64,000 nt of DNA from the human T2T-CHM13v2.0 reference genome, Homo sapiens. Location: NCBI RefSeq assembly GCF_009914755.1, contig NC_060938.1. The stretch is one strand, 5' to 3'. This document shows positions 27,396-40,208 of the stretch, in pieces (positions within the stretch are counted from its first letter, which is position 1; every line of letters starts with the position of its first letter). The notes under the pieces are model-generated. The model was not told the origin of the DNA, ran no database searches, and saw only the letters and a program-made list of their open reading frames with translations. A program made the translations under genes and the position numbers.

Positions 27396-30300
27396 GCAAA
27401 CACCATCCTTGGGGATGTCAATGTTTTGCCAAGCAGGAAGAGCAGCAGGGACAGACATCAGAAGGGCTCTTACTGTCCTCATGGGATCCAAAGGGCACAA
27501 CACAAAGGCAGTGAGGAAAGGGAGGGTGGCTCTAGGCTCAGAGCCTGGTGGCGCTGCCACTGTGTGCAGTGACCATGCAGTGGGGATGGGGCCTGCTGGA
27601 TGGAATTAAGTCACAGGACCTCACTGGATGAAGCTCGTTAGGAGGGGCTCAGATGGTGGGGAGGGGTAGGAAGCGGTCCTCTTGCCCAAGGACCCATGGC
27701 ACTGGTATGGGTGAGCAGCTCAGGGGACCAACTCTGGGGCAGGCATTACAGCAAGCAGCGGCCGGAGTGTGAACAGAAGTTTGCTCATCTGACACCTGGG
27801 GCTGGGCAGAGCCCCTCCCGGGGGCAGCTCTGGGCAGCCTGTGGAGAGACTGATGCAAGACAGGCAAGTTCAGAGAACGAAAGATTCCTTCCAGCTGAGG
27901 GACACCTGGAGGAGGGGACATTGGCGCTGAGACGTTCTAGAAGGTGGGACTTGTAACATGGAAAGATGGGGAAATACACAGCGTGGATCTTGCTAAGTGC
28001 AGGGGGCTGTTCAGGCAAAGGCTCAGAGGCAGAGAATGCCAGGGACATGTGGCCCAAATATGGGAGGTCTGGAGCGGGGTCGTTGTGAGTGTATTGGTTC
28101 TTGTGGGTCTTTCCTGCCTCTCTGAACACCCTTTCTGGGTGTGGGGGATTCTCCACCTGATGAGGGTGGCAAATGCTCTCCCATTCTTTTCTGCACCTGG
28201 GGTGCAGGTGGTAACCAGGATTCCCTCATAGGATGCTCCCACATGGGCCTTTGAACCAGGAGCCAGTGATGGGGAGAGGTGAGCACACTAGGAACCCGTC
28301 CAAGGAGGGTGGCAGAAGCTGCAGCCAGCTCCCAGATGCATTGGGGCAGCGTGAGACTGTCCAGCGTGGCCAGGGCTCAGCAGCAGCAGCAACTCCAGAT
28401 CTGTGACCACAGAGGCAGCGGCAGTGTCTACGCAGGAGCAGCTCTGAGGTGACGTTTGGGCACCATCATTCCTGGCTGCTTGTCCCCTAGAATTCCCCTG
28501 ACCCCCACCAGCCAGAGAACTGCTGAGTCCTTTTCGGGTGGAGGAGATGCACAGACCGCCTGGGTTTCTATTGTTTGTCTTGAAGCACTCCGTATTCAGG
28601 GGAAGAAGGCGTTTGTGATTCAATCAATAATTATTCACGACACACTTCCCTTTGCCAGGCACCGTGCCAACCTCCATAACAACGTAATTCACTTTTGCTT
28701 CCATTAGATTGCTAAAAATGTCCCCAAATAAACCCTGGAATCAAAAAAGGGACCTTCAGAAAAGGAAAGGTCACCTTCTCACTTTCTGAATCATCTGGTC
28801 TGGGAAAAGAGCCTAGCTCGGTGCCCGGAAGGGCGGCCAATCTAACAGCCTCCACCCACATGGGCTCTGCTGCAGGGGGCCCTGGCTATTCCTGGCAACA
28901 GGGGACTCTGGATTCTGCTTCCAACTCTACCCCTTGGGGTTCGTTCCAGGGCCACGTTTAGGAAGGTGGTGTCTATTTACGGGGCAGGAGCGACAGGATG
29001 TGTTGCTCAGGGCCACCTTGATGTCTCGGGGCTGGCTCCTCCCTCCGTCCAGCACCCCTCCCCCAGGACTGCCACATCTCCCAGGACTGCCACTCTCATG
29101 ACTCGCCAGGAGACCAGGGGACCCTTTGCCACCTCCGATGTGTAGCGGGTAGAGGGCTGGGGGTGTTCATCTTGACAGGGAGAAAGCGGGACCAGCTTCC
29201 CAGCTCAGGGAGTCCTAGGCTGGCACATGGGGACAGAGGTGGCTTCCATGGCCATTTGAAGGGCAGATGAGTGAGAATTCTGGGGGATCCATGAAATGGA
29301 ATAGGAAGGGTATAGACTGAGGAGTCAGCCAGAAACTGGGTTCACAGCTGGCTGCAGCCTCTCTTTCTCTGGCCAAGGGGTGTTTATCAAGCACCTGGCA
29401 TGTGCCTGCCTGCGGATCAGTGGATGGCACAGACACAGCCCTTGCCCTCTGCACGTTCATGGTGACACGGGAGAACAGCAAATCAACAAGCTCACCACTC
29501 CATAGAGGAGGTATGCTGCATGCAGGGAGGGCAGAAGGCACCTCCCTAAGCTGCTGCATAGGGAGGGCAGAAGGCACCGTCTTCGTCAGGATGGCAGGGG
29601 AGGCCCCTGAGGAGGAGCCACTGAGCTTGTGCCTTGGGGAGGAGAGGCGCTGGACATGGGGGGCAAGGGGAGAGCTTTCCTGACATAGCCAGTGGCCTGC
29701 GGCAGCACGGGGCAGGTGAGGAGGCCTGCAGAGGGTGGTGATGGGGGCTGGGGATTGCTGAGAGACGGTCGGAGGTGTGGGGCACTGGTGAGAGACGGTC
29801 GGAGATGTGGGGTCCTGGGGCTCACACCCGGCAAGGTGAGAGGGTGTTTGGGTTTTATTGTGGGTGCAGTGGAAACCAGAGGATGGCATACCTTCTTAAA
29901 AATTTCTCTGGACAGTGGTTGCCAAGGGGTTGGGGGTTGGGAGGACTTTGACCACAAATGGGACACGCAGGCCACGAGGGTGACGCACTGCTCCAGGGGG
30001 CCAGAGCCGTGGTTCTGCACCTGTCAAAACCCACGTAACTAAACACCACAGAAAGTGAACTGTACTGTTGTGCAATGTTTTCTAAGTTCTTTAATTGAAA
30101 AGGCCCTTCCAGCAGCTGTATGAAGGTGTGGCCGAAGTGTGGGAGGCAAAGGAGGGGAAGTGAGAAACCGGCCAGAGTCCCAGAGGAGACCCCTGGTCAG
30201 AGTGTCTGGGTGAGGTGGGTGATGGCCGTGGGGAGGGGGCTATGAGCTCAGGTCCTCTGGGAGCCTCTGAGGAGCCTCAGTTTCCTCATCAGGGACACTG

Positions 30301-31360
30301 TGCAGCAATTTCCACTCAGGAGCTGTCCATGTGGTCTGGGGATGGTGCCTATAACCTGCCTGGCAGGGCCTGGCTGGAGCAGGTGCTCAGCCCTTAGGAG
30401 CTGGATGATTGACCTTTTTCCAGAGGGTGGCTGTGGCTGGCCTCAGGGTGCCTGGAGGTGAGCCATCCACCCACGGAGCAGGGAGGGGGCCACCTTCAGA
30501 AAACAGACCTGAAGGGGAACTGTTCAACAGTGAAGGACACCTGGCTGGAGGCCCTTGGCCTACAGATCAAGTGACGTCACCCCAAGCCGAGGAATGTGAC
30601 CCAGAATGTTGTGTACTTAGAGGGCTTCTCTCTCCCAGGGAGGTCTGAGCATTTTTATGGGGGCCAAATCAGGATCTGGCTGAAGCACCAGCCTTGGGAG
30701 GGGGAAGGTGCAGGGCGGGCAGCTCCCAGGGAAAGGTGTTGGCTCAGGACTGGAGCTCCAGGCTGCAGACCAGGGCACTGGGGTCAGAAGGACTGGATTC
30801 CTGCTTCAACATGGCCACGCATTACCTGGGCGGCCCTGGGAAGGTCACTCGCCTCTGCCTGTTTATAAGGTCAGATGAGTAGAACATGGGAACGTCCCTT
30901 GGTGCACTATGAAATACTCTCCCAACACAGGGATGGACAGGATGGTGATGCTCACGGTGACATTTGGCACCTTGAGTGGGTAGAAACTCCACTGCCCCTG
31001 GGTCAGTGTCCTTCCAGACTCAGTGAGCTGTGTTTGAACCTGAGAGTGGAGATCAAAAGACAAAAGGGATATTGCTGGTAGGAATGTGCAGCAGCCACTG
31101 AGTAAACAGTCCAGCCACTCCTCAAAAAGTTAAGCATAGAGTTAACCACGTGACCCAGCAATTCTCTGGGTCTTCCCAAAAGAATGGAAAACAGACTCAG
31201 GCAAACACTTGTACGTGATTGTCCCTAGCAGCATTAGCCACATAGTCAAGAGATGGGAATAGCCTGAATGTACATCAGCTAGTGAATGGATAAACAAAAC
31301 ATGGTATATTTAGATAGCCTTAAAGAAGAATAAAGTACCTACGCATGGTGCGATATGGAT

Positions 31361-32072
<712 letters not shown>

Positions 32073-34381
32073 CGGATGAGCCTCAAAAGCGTTTTGCTAA
32101 GTGAAAGAAGTCAGACACAAAAGTTCACATATTGTAAGGTTTCATTTATACGAAATGTCCAGAACAGGCAAATCCATAGAAACAGAAAGTCAGCTGGTGG
32201 TGGCCAGGGGCTGGGGGTAGGAGGGGGTTCTGGGAGCAACTGCTTAGTGGGCAATGTGGTCCTCTCTGGGGGTGATGAAATGCTTTGGAACTAGATAGAA
32301 GGAATAGTTGTACCATATTGTGAATGTACTAAATGCCAATCAGTTATACACTTTAAAATGGGGAATTTTATGTTATGTGAGTTTCGCCTTGATTTTTTCA
32401 AAAGGGAGGAAAAGAAGGGGTGCTTGTGGCCACTGCCAAGAAGAGAGGAGTAATCCAGTGAGGACTGGGCTTTACGCAGATTCCCACCTGGCCATCCCAG
32501 TAGCCCTGTGATGGACCTGTTCATATTAATACTTCCATTCTACTGGTGAGGAGCCTGGGGCTCCTGCCCAGGCTTGTGTGGGTTGTGAGTGGCGGCGCTG
32601 GGCTTGAAGGCGAGGTCCGTGGCTGTCTTGTGCAGTCCTTGCCGCAGGCCTGCCGCTCTGCTGCTTGCCTTGTAGCAATCGTCTCATCTAATTTTCACAA
32701 GCCGTGCAGCAGGTGCTGTCTCTGTGTTATAAAGGGCATGGGTGGACCGGGGGGTTACAGCCACCCTGGTGACAAGTGATCAGAGGACAGGAGGTCCCTG
32801 GCCCAGGGCCTTGAAGGAAGACAAGTCATGGGTCACTTGGGAAGGCACAGACCGACAGTAAGAGGCTGTGACAAAGCGGCTCAGAGGGAACGCGGGCTTC
32901 GGGAGCAGGCACATCGTGCGGGGCTGGAGAGCAATGGGACTGGGTCTGCAGCGCTGTGAGGAAGGGAGTCCAGGGGAGGAACAGCACACGCCAAGCACAG
33001 TGTGAGCCAAGAACAGGGCCCCAGGGGACTGGAGGCCTGGTCAGGTGAAGGAGCTGATTGGTAGACAGGCGGACCAGGTGGACATGGCTAGATCATGGAG
33101 GGCTCCTGCCAGGTGCCAACCCCCACTCCTGTGTCTTCTCGGAGGCAAAGGCCCCTTGTGCCACCTCTGGTGGCCAATAGGCTGGAACCTGAACTTGGGA
33201 TATGGAGGGCAGATAAGGGAGGGGAGGGCTATTCTATGGGCAGGCCGAGCGGGCAGCCTGGGACTCTGGCTCAGCTGTCAGTCCCAGGAGAAGAGGGGTC
33301 TGAGGAATTCCAGGAAGCGAGGGGAGGAACCAGCCCCACTGCCCCTGCCTCAGAATCCCCCAGGCGGACGTCCCAGCACCAGGAAGTGAGTAACTGCCTC
33401 TCCAGACCTGCAGACGACAGCCCCGCTGCCAAGGATAGAATTAGGAAGAGTGGCCAGGCCGACTGCCAGGCTGAGGGCTACTTCCCGCCAAACCTGGGAA
33501 CCCACCGTCACCTCCCAGGGCAGCAGAGGGATAGACGGACAGAGGAAGGACTGGCCTCTTCTTCACCTTGCCCCCACCTCAGGTCCCTCTCCATCTCACT
33601 TCTGGAGGTTTTTGCACCAGGAATAGCCAGGACTTTGCTTGCTTTAAGCGTTTATTTCTTCCAAACGCATTTCATAAACCCTTCAGAGGACTTTGCATAT
33701 TTTCTTAACACTAAGGACCTCTATTTATAAGACACCAGCTTTCAAGGGAAAGAATAATTGCAGATTAAATCTACCCACTTCAATTTCTTAAGTGTTAGAG
33801 TGGAGAAAAGTCTCTGAGTTGGGGAAGTCCCTGCCAAGCCCTGGGTGAGGAACTGGGCATTCCCTCTCTCCCTTGTTTGCCCAGCAACCCCCAGAGGTGG
33901 AGGGTAGGGCTCACTTCTCCAGAGTCTCGTCACTCCAAGTCTCTCTGCTGGAAGCAGTGGTGCCCGGTTCAGAGACACTCAAAGTGAGTCCAAGGCGTTC
34001 CATCCAGAGGCCACGCTTTCCATTCAAACCAGGACTTGCTTCAAAGGCAGAAAGAAGGCAGCGGCGTTCTAACAGATACCAAGGCAAGAGACCCGGTCAC
34101 ATCCTTCCTTACTGGTGTTGTTTCCCTACATTGGCCAACCACACCCACCGAAAAGGGGAGGGCAGGGCCCCAGAGTTCCTGCTCCTTTGAGTCCCCCCAC
34201 TCCCTGTGAGAGGAAGGTAGAGAGTGCTGATGAAACGTGCACATACCAAGAAGTGAAAGGAAAACAGATGAGCTTGTTTTCTGCAGTGTTTCTGCAAGCT
34301 GTGAAATAGGCACAATTCTGGTGGTTTTAAATAAGAGCTAAATGCACTGGTTTTTGTGCTTATAACTGGCATTGAGTGATA

Positions 34382-34492
34382 TCAAGGTGAATGGTAAATG
34401 CATGCTAATAATTTAACGTTTTAATTTTTCTATACTCTCAAGGTGAATGGTAAATGCATGCTAATAATTTAACGTTTTAATTTTTCTATACT
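34382..34492 (+). repeat. Perfect 56-bp-period tandem duplication
   Basis: TCAAGGTGAATGGTAAATGCATGCTAATAATTTAACGTTTTAATTTTTCTATACT occurs at 34382 and 34438. Confidence 0.95.
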
Positions 34493-34533
34493 TAGAACAA
34501 CATTAAACAGCAAATTTTAAAAACACCATGACA

Positions 34534-34858
34534 GGCCAGGAGCAGTGGCTCACTCCTGCAATCCCAGCATTTTGGGAGGCTGAGGGCAGGGAGATCACTT
34601 GAGGTCAGGAGTTTGAGACCAGCCTGGCCAACAGGGTGAAACCTCATCTCTACCAAAAATACAAAAATTAGCTGGGCATGGTGGCACACACTTGTAATTC
34701 CAGCTACTCGGGAGGCTGAGGCAAGAGATTTGCTTGAACCCGGGAGGTGGAGGTTACAGTGAGCCAAGATCACACCACACCACTGCCCTCCAGCCTGGGG
34801 GAGCAACAGAGTGAGACTTGGTCTCAAAATAACAAAACAACAACAACAACAAAAAAGA
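34534..34858 (+). mobile_element. AluS with (CAA)n tail
   Basis: Full Alu body. Confidence 0.95.
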
Positions 34859-35101
34859 ACACTTGTCATGACAAGTCAAAAGAGAGACCACAGAAGAAAG
34901 GAAAAAGCCTTATGGCTTAATACCTTTACCAACACTTCTTTCCTGCTTTTTGAGGAATGGGCCCATTTTTCACTTTGTACGGAGTCCCACAAATTCTGTA
35001 GTTGGCCTGCCTGTCATACGTTTCCGTGAATGCTAAGGAAAGGATGGTGGCTGGAGGCGGAGCTGTGCAAGAAGAAACAGCAATACAAAAGGGGGAAATT
35101 C

Positions 35102-35447
<346 letters not shown>

Positions 35448-35510
35448 TCATGTAAAGTGGGATATATTGAAGTACGGACATATATAACACTATATAATGA
35501 ATATATGTAA

Positions 35511-35840
<330 letters not shown>

Positions 35841-35956
35841 TGGCATCAAATTCTTAATCATCTCCAAGCTGTACACTTTTCAGTTGATTTTCACTTTTTA
35901 TCATACACATTAAGTTCAAATAATAGAGAAACAATACATCCATATTATGTATATGA

Positions 35957-36271
<315 letters not shown>

Positions 36272-36309
36272 ATGACCAGCTTTTTTAAAAAGCTGCATTT
36301 TCATTTGGG

Positions 36310-36520
36310 GAAGGGGAAGACATGCCGATGGAGTCAGACTTGGACTCAGCTCTTGGCTCTGCTGTTTCCACTGTGCAGGATTTAGGCCAAGTTAAGTAAC
36401 TCCTCTCAGCCTCTGATTCTCCATCTGTAAAATGGGGATACTGACTGGTAACCATCTCATCAGGCTGTTGTGAAGGGTCGTGTGCTTACGTAGGGCCTGC
36501 TACAGAGATCACTTGGCAGC
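36310..36520. mobile_element. MIR
   Basis: AACTCCTCTCAGCCTCTGATTCTCCATCTGTAAAATGGGGATA core; many similar MIR cores elsewhere (e.g. ~20540, ~53260, ~56330, ~62600). Confidence 0.7.
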
Positions 36521-37993
36521 GAGTCGCCATGCGGGGCTAGGGCTGGGGGGCTCATGCCTGTGCCAGAGGACAGTGCCCCCACAGGCTGTGCAGGAGGCCT
36601 CTGGGAAGGGAGGCCAGAGGCAGAGAAGGCAGGCCAGAGATGGCACGCATGGGCACATGGGCTGGGAGGCGCATTGGGGACGCAGAGGCTCTCTAGAGTT
36701 CTTAGCTGTGAGTGTTAGTGCCAATCAGGCAAAACTACAGGCTCTGCATGGGTTTTGCCATGAACCCAAATCAGCACTTATCCTCTGACCCTGCTTTCCA
36801 GTTTCCCTGCTGGTCTGTCTGACCTGTGTGTAACTGGTCAGCCTTTTGCAGGGCGGCTGCTGATTCACAGAGGACCAGGGAGTGCCTTTCTGGTCAGCAC
36901 TGTGGCATTCTGGACAAAAGCACAGCCCGCTCCTGGAGGCCGACGAATAGAATAATGGCCTTCCCGGGAGGACCTGTGCCTTACACACAGACATGTGGAG
37001 AGAAAGATCTGGAACATTGGGGTGGAGGGTGGACTTTCATAAACAAACATGTACACACATGTCTACAGCCCGCTTTTATGCTGTTCTGTTTGGCCTGGTC
37101 TTTCCTTCATCCCAGTAAGGTTGGATCTGGGCACTTTTCCCTATAGACTGCTTGTACTCCTTGCAGAGGGCACCTCCTATGTGCCGGGTGATAAATAGCA
37201 ATAAGTAAGACGGGGTCCTTGCCTCGTGGTGTTCTCAGACCACCAAGAACAGTTCCGGGGTGTGTTAGAAAACAGGCATGCAAGAGGTGCGGACAAGACC
37301 AGGGGCTTCAGGAAAGGCCCCCAGGCAGCCTCCCAAGAGAAGAGCAGGCTTGATTCAAGCGAGGGCGAGAAAGGGCATTTCAGGCAGAGATTGCCACATC
37401 AAAGGCCCCGGGTCAAGTGCAATCCTGCCCCACTCAGGAGTGCGAGGGGGGTCTGTGGGGCTAAAGTACAGAGGGCTGGCCGTGGCTGGGGAGGCTGCAG
37501 TGGCCGGGGAGGAGACAGCAGGAGGAACAGCTTCTTATCGTGCCATGTGAAAGAGCCCTGCTTAGTGGGGCAGGGTTTTGCCAAAATAACTGGATCCCTC
37601 CTGTGGTCCTTGCTGAACGCAGTTGGGCTGACTCGAACCTGGAGGCTTTACAGGGCTGAGCCACCCCCTGCAGACCCCAGCCAAGGAGACTGAGTGGTGA
37701 GGAGTGTGATGAGGCTGCCGCTGCAGGGACTTTGCAGGGGCGTTGAGACAAACCTTCTCATAGCAAAAATGCAGTACAAAAGTGTGCCACTCCAGACATA
37801 AACTGGGTGCTACTGAGTCCTCAAGGAACACTTTGAAATCCTCCGCCTGGCTCTGCCCATAGGCAGGGGACTGGCCTCAGGGTAAACTCCTCCGAGGCAC
37901 GGGGATGTCTGAGGCATGGGGATGACTGATTCATTCACTTCTGCTTGACAATGCACTGCCTGGCTATGTGGGTATCTGATAAATGAGTGTGTG

Positions 37994-38200
37994 GGTGGAT
38001 GGATGGAGGGAGGGAGGGAGGGAGGCAGTGAGAGAGGGAGGGATGGACTGATGGATGGACAGACAGACGGATGGATGGATGGACGGATGGACGGACAGAT
38101 GGATGGATGGATGGATGGTTGGATGGATAGACGGATGGACAGACAGACAGGCGAATAAGTAAATGAATGGTTGGATAGGTGGATAGGCAGGTGGGCGGAT
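37994..38200 (+). repeat. (GGAT)n/(GGAC)n/(GGGA)n compound simple repeat
   Basis: Direct reading. Confidence 0.9.
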
Positions 38201-38238
38201 GTGTGGGTAGATACCAGTGTAGATGAATGGAAGAGTGT

Positions 38239-38699
38239 GTAATTGTTTTATAAGATTAAAATATTCTTTTGATGGCAGGACACAACACAGTGACACTCAG
38301 ATAAATGAAAGGTAGAACTTTTGTTTCTTACAGCTCCAAATGAGAGGCTGTCAGGCTGGGCCACACAGGATGTGCAACTGGGGACAGGGTCCAAGCAAGC
38401 TGGAGCTATAGGCGGCAGCTATGTGTGGCACGTAGGGTGGTGTTAACGAGGTTTCCTTGGCTCCCTATGGATTGGCTAACTTAAATAAGTTTGTGAGTTC
38501 CAGATGATGGGAGCTGTCCATTATTGTTTGGTACCTGGCTCCAAGGCCATCAGGGCAGGTGGCTAGTGGCCCAGAGTGTGAGAACCTGGTAAGAGAAAGG
38601 GCCAGAATGTGAACTTAATCAGCTGCTCATGAACTGGCTGGCCTCCAGCCAGGACCTCAAAACTGGTTTAAAGTAGCCTTTTTAAAAAACTATATGACA
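38239..38699. mobile_element. Probable old ERVL-type solo LTR
   Basis: TG...CA-bounded ~460-bp block with GGATTGGCTAA (reverse CCAAT); family not resolved. Confidence 0.4.
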
Positions 38700-39499
38700 G
38701 AGATGGATGGAGATGTGTGCAGATGGACAGATGTCTTTTAGAGATTTCTGTCAATGATATTTACAGAAGCATCAACATTGGATTCAGATCCTTGAGGATT
38801 TTCAACTCATAGATACAGAGCTCTACAATATCTAAGTTGGAAGAGACTTCAGAGGGTCTCTGGACGCTCATGCAGGTCTCAATATGTTGTGGATCTCAGA
38901 GCTCTTCAATATTTTAGTGAAAGCTATAGATGAGGCTCCATAGGGGATAAAGCACAGACACACCTTTTCAGAGGGCTTGTGGACTCTGGGCAGCCTGTCC
39001 ATAGACCTCTGTCCCCAACTGGCAAGTCAGGAAACTCCAGATTAAGGAGCCCCAATGTGGTTGAACAGCCAGGTGCACAGATGAGTCAACCACACAGCCA
39101 GGCCAGGGAGGGCCTTCACTCAAGAGCCTACAGCCAGTTCACAGCCAAGCCAGGGCTAGCGCCCAGGCCACCCATAAACTGATCTGAGACTCTGTTTCCC
39201 TGTCTCCATGATGATGGGATCAGGCTTGATTGCTGGTTTGTAGGCTTGTTATGAATCAAGTCACAGGGAAGAGGAGCTGATGGGCTGGGGGGACGTCCTC
39301 TGGCCCTCCTGTCTCTTCCCCAGATCCACTGGGCCCACTCTTATCTGTTCTCTTCTGAAGGAAGGGTTTTAAGGCTTCAAAAAAAAATGTTTTGAAAGTC
39401 CCTGCCCTTTCCAGCTCCTACCGTCTCAGCCCTGGGAGTGTAAAGTGCTGCAGATAGTTAGTAAGTCTTTGAGCAAAACTGAGAAAGCCAGCCTGAGCC

Positions 39500-40108
39500 T
39501 TGACATGGGAGAAACCTCCGCCATACATCTCCGAAGAAACGGCCGCGTGTCTCAGGGGAGCGCAAACACCCGTACCCAGGAAACAGGACAGCTTCTGCCA
39601 CTGTCGCCCTTGGGAGCCGTACGTGGCATACAAAGAAATCCCAGGACTCCGCCTGCCCACCTGGCCACCCTCTGTTTACACCTTCCGCGTAAACGCCCAC
39701 TGTTTACATCCAAAACTCAGACACAAAATAACCACCTCAAGAAGATAAATAATGATAAGAAATAAATGTTACGCGAGGCAAATTTATTCACATGGGGCTT
39801 CCCAGGCCACTTTGTGGTCAGCCGGGAGGGACGTTTTTGCCGTCCCACGACTCCAACGGGCAGCCGGGCTACGCAAACATGGAAATCTTCCAAGAGCCTC
39901 CCTGGCCCCCAGGGCTCAGAGGGTGGCAGAGCGGAGAGCGAAGGTGGCCGCAGCCTTCCCGGCCCCACAGCCAGCCTGGCTCCAGCTGGGCAGGAGTGCA
40001 GAGCTCAGCTGGAGGCGGAGGGGGAAGTGCCCAGGAGGCTGATGACATCATTACCCAGCCCTTGAAAGATGAGCTGTTCCCGCCGCCACTCCAGCTCTGG
40101 CTTCTGGG
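39500..40108 (+). promoter_or_regulatory. BDKRB2: BDKRB2 proximal promoter (CpG-enriched, TATA-less)
   Basis: Raised CpG density; GC box GGAGGCGGAGG; CRE/AP-1-like TGACATCA at 40043-40050; adjacent GGGGGAAGTGCCCAGGAGG region corresponds, as I recall, to the KLF4/p53/CREB module described for the rodent B2R promoter. Confidence 0.85.
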
Positions 40109-40208
40109 CTCCGAGGAGGGGTGGGGACGGTGGTGACGGTGGGGACATCAGGCTGCCCCGCAGTACCAGGGAGCGACTGAAGTGCCCATGCCGCTTGCTC
40201 CGGAGAAG
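40109..40208 (+). other. BDKRB2: BDKRB2 exon 1 (5'UTR)
   Basis: CTCCGAGGAGGGGTGGGGACGGTGGTGACGGTGGGGACATCAGGCTGCCCCGCAG... recognised as the BDKRB2 mRNA 5' end; splice donor AAG|GTGGGT at 40208/40209; true TSS may lie ~20 nt further upstream. Confidence 0.9.
40120..40146 (+). repeat. BDKRB2: BDKRB2 exon-1 9-bp repeat, three units (+9 allele, middle unit GGTGGTGAC)
   Basis: GGTGGGGAC-GGTGGTGAC-GGTGGGGAC; the well-known -9/+9 polymorphic site. Confidence 0.92.

Larger units (their letters stand above)
34300..35010. mobile_element. hAT DNA transposon relic (MER45-like), interrupted by Alu
   Basis: Terminal GGGCCCATTTTTCACTTTGTACGGAGTCCCACAAATTCTGTAGTTGGCCTG resembles MER45 ends; boundaries approximate. 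Confidence 0.5.

Noticed and set aside
29215-29889. Longest ORF (224 aa, - strand)
   Set aside because: Pro/Ser-rich, no recognisable domain, GC-rich repeat-like DNA; expected by chance
33095-33730. 211-aa ORF on + strand
   Set aside because: No recognisable homology or exon structure
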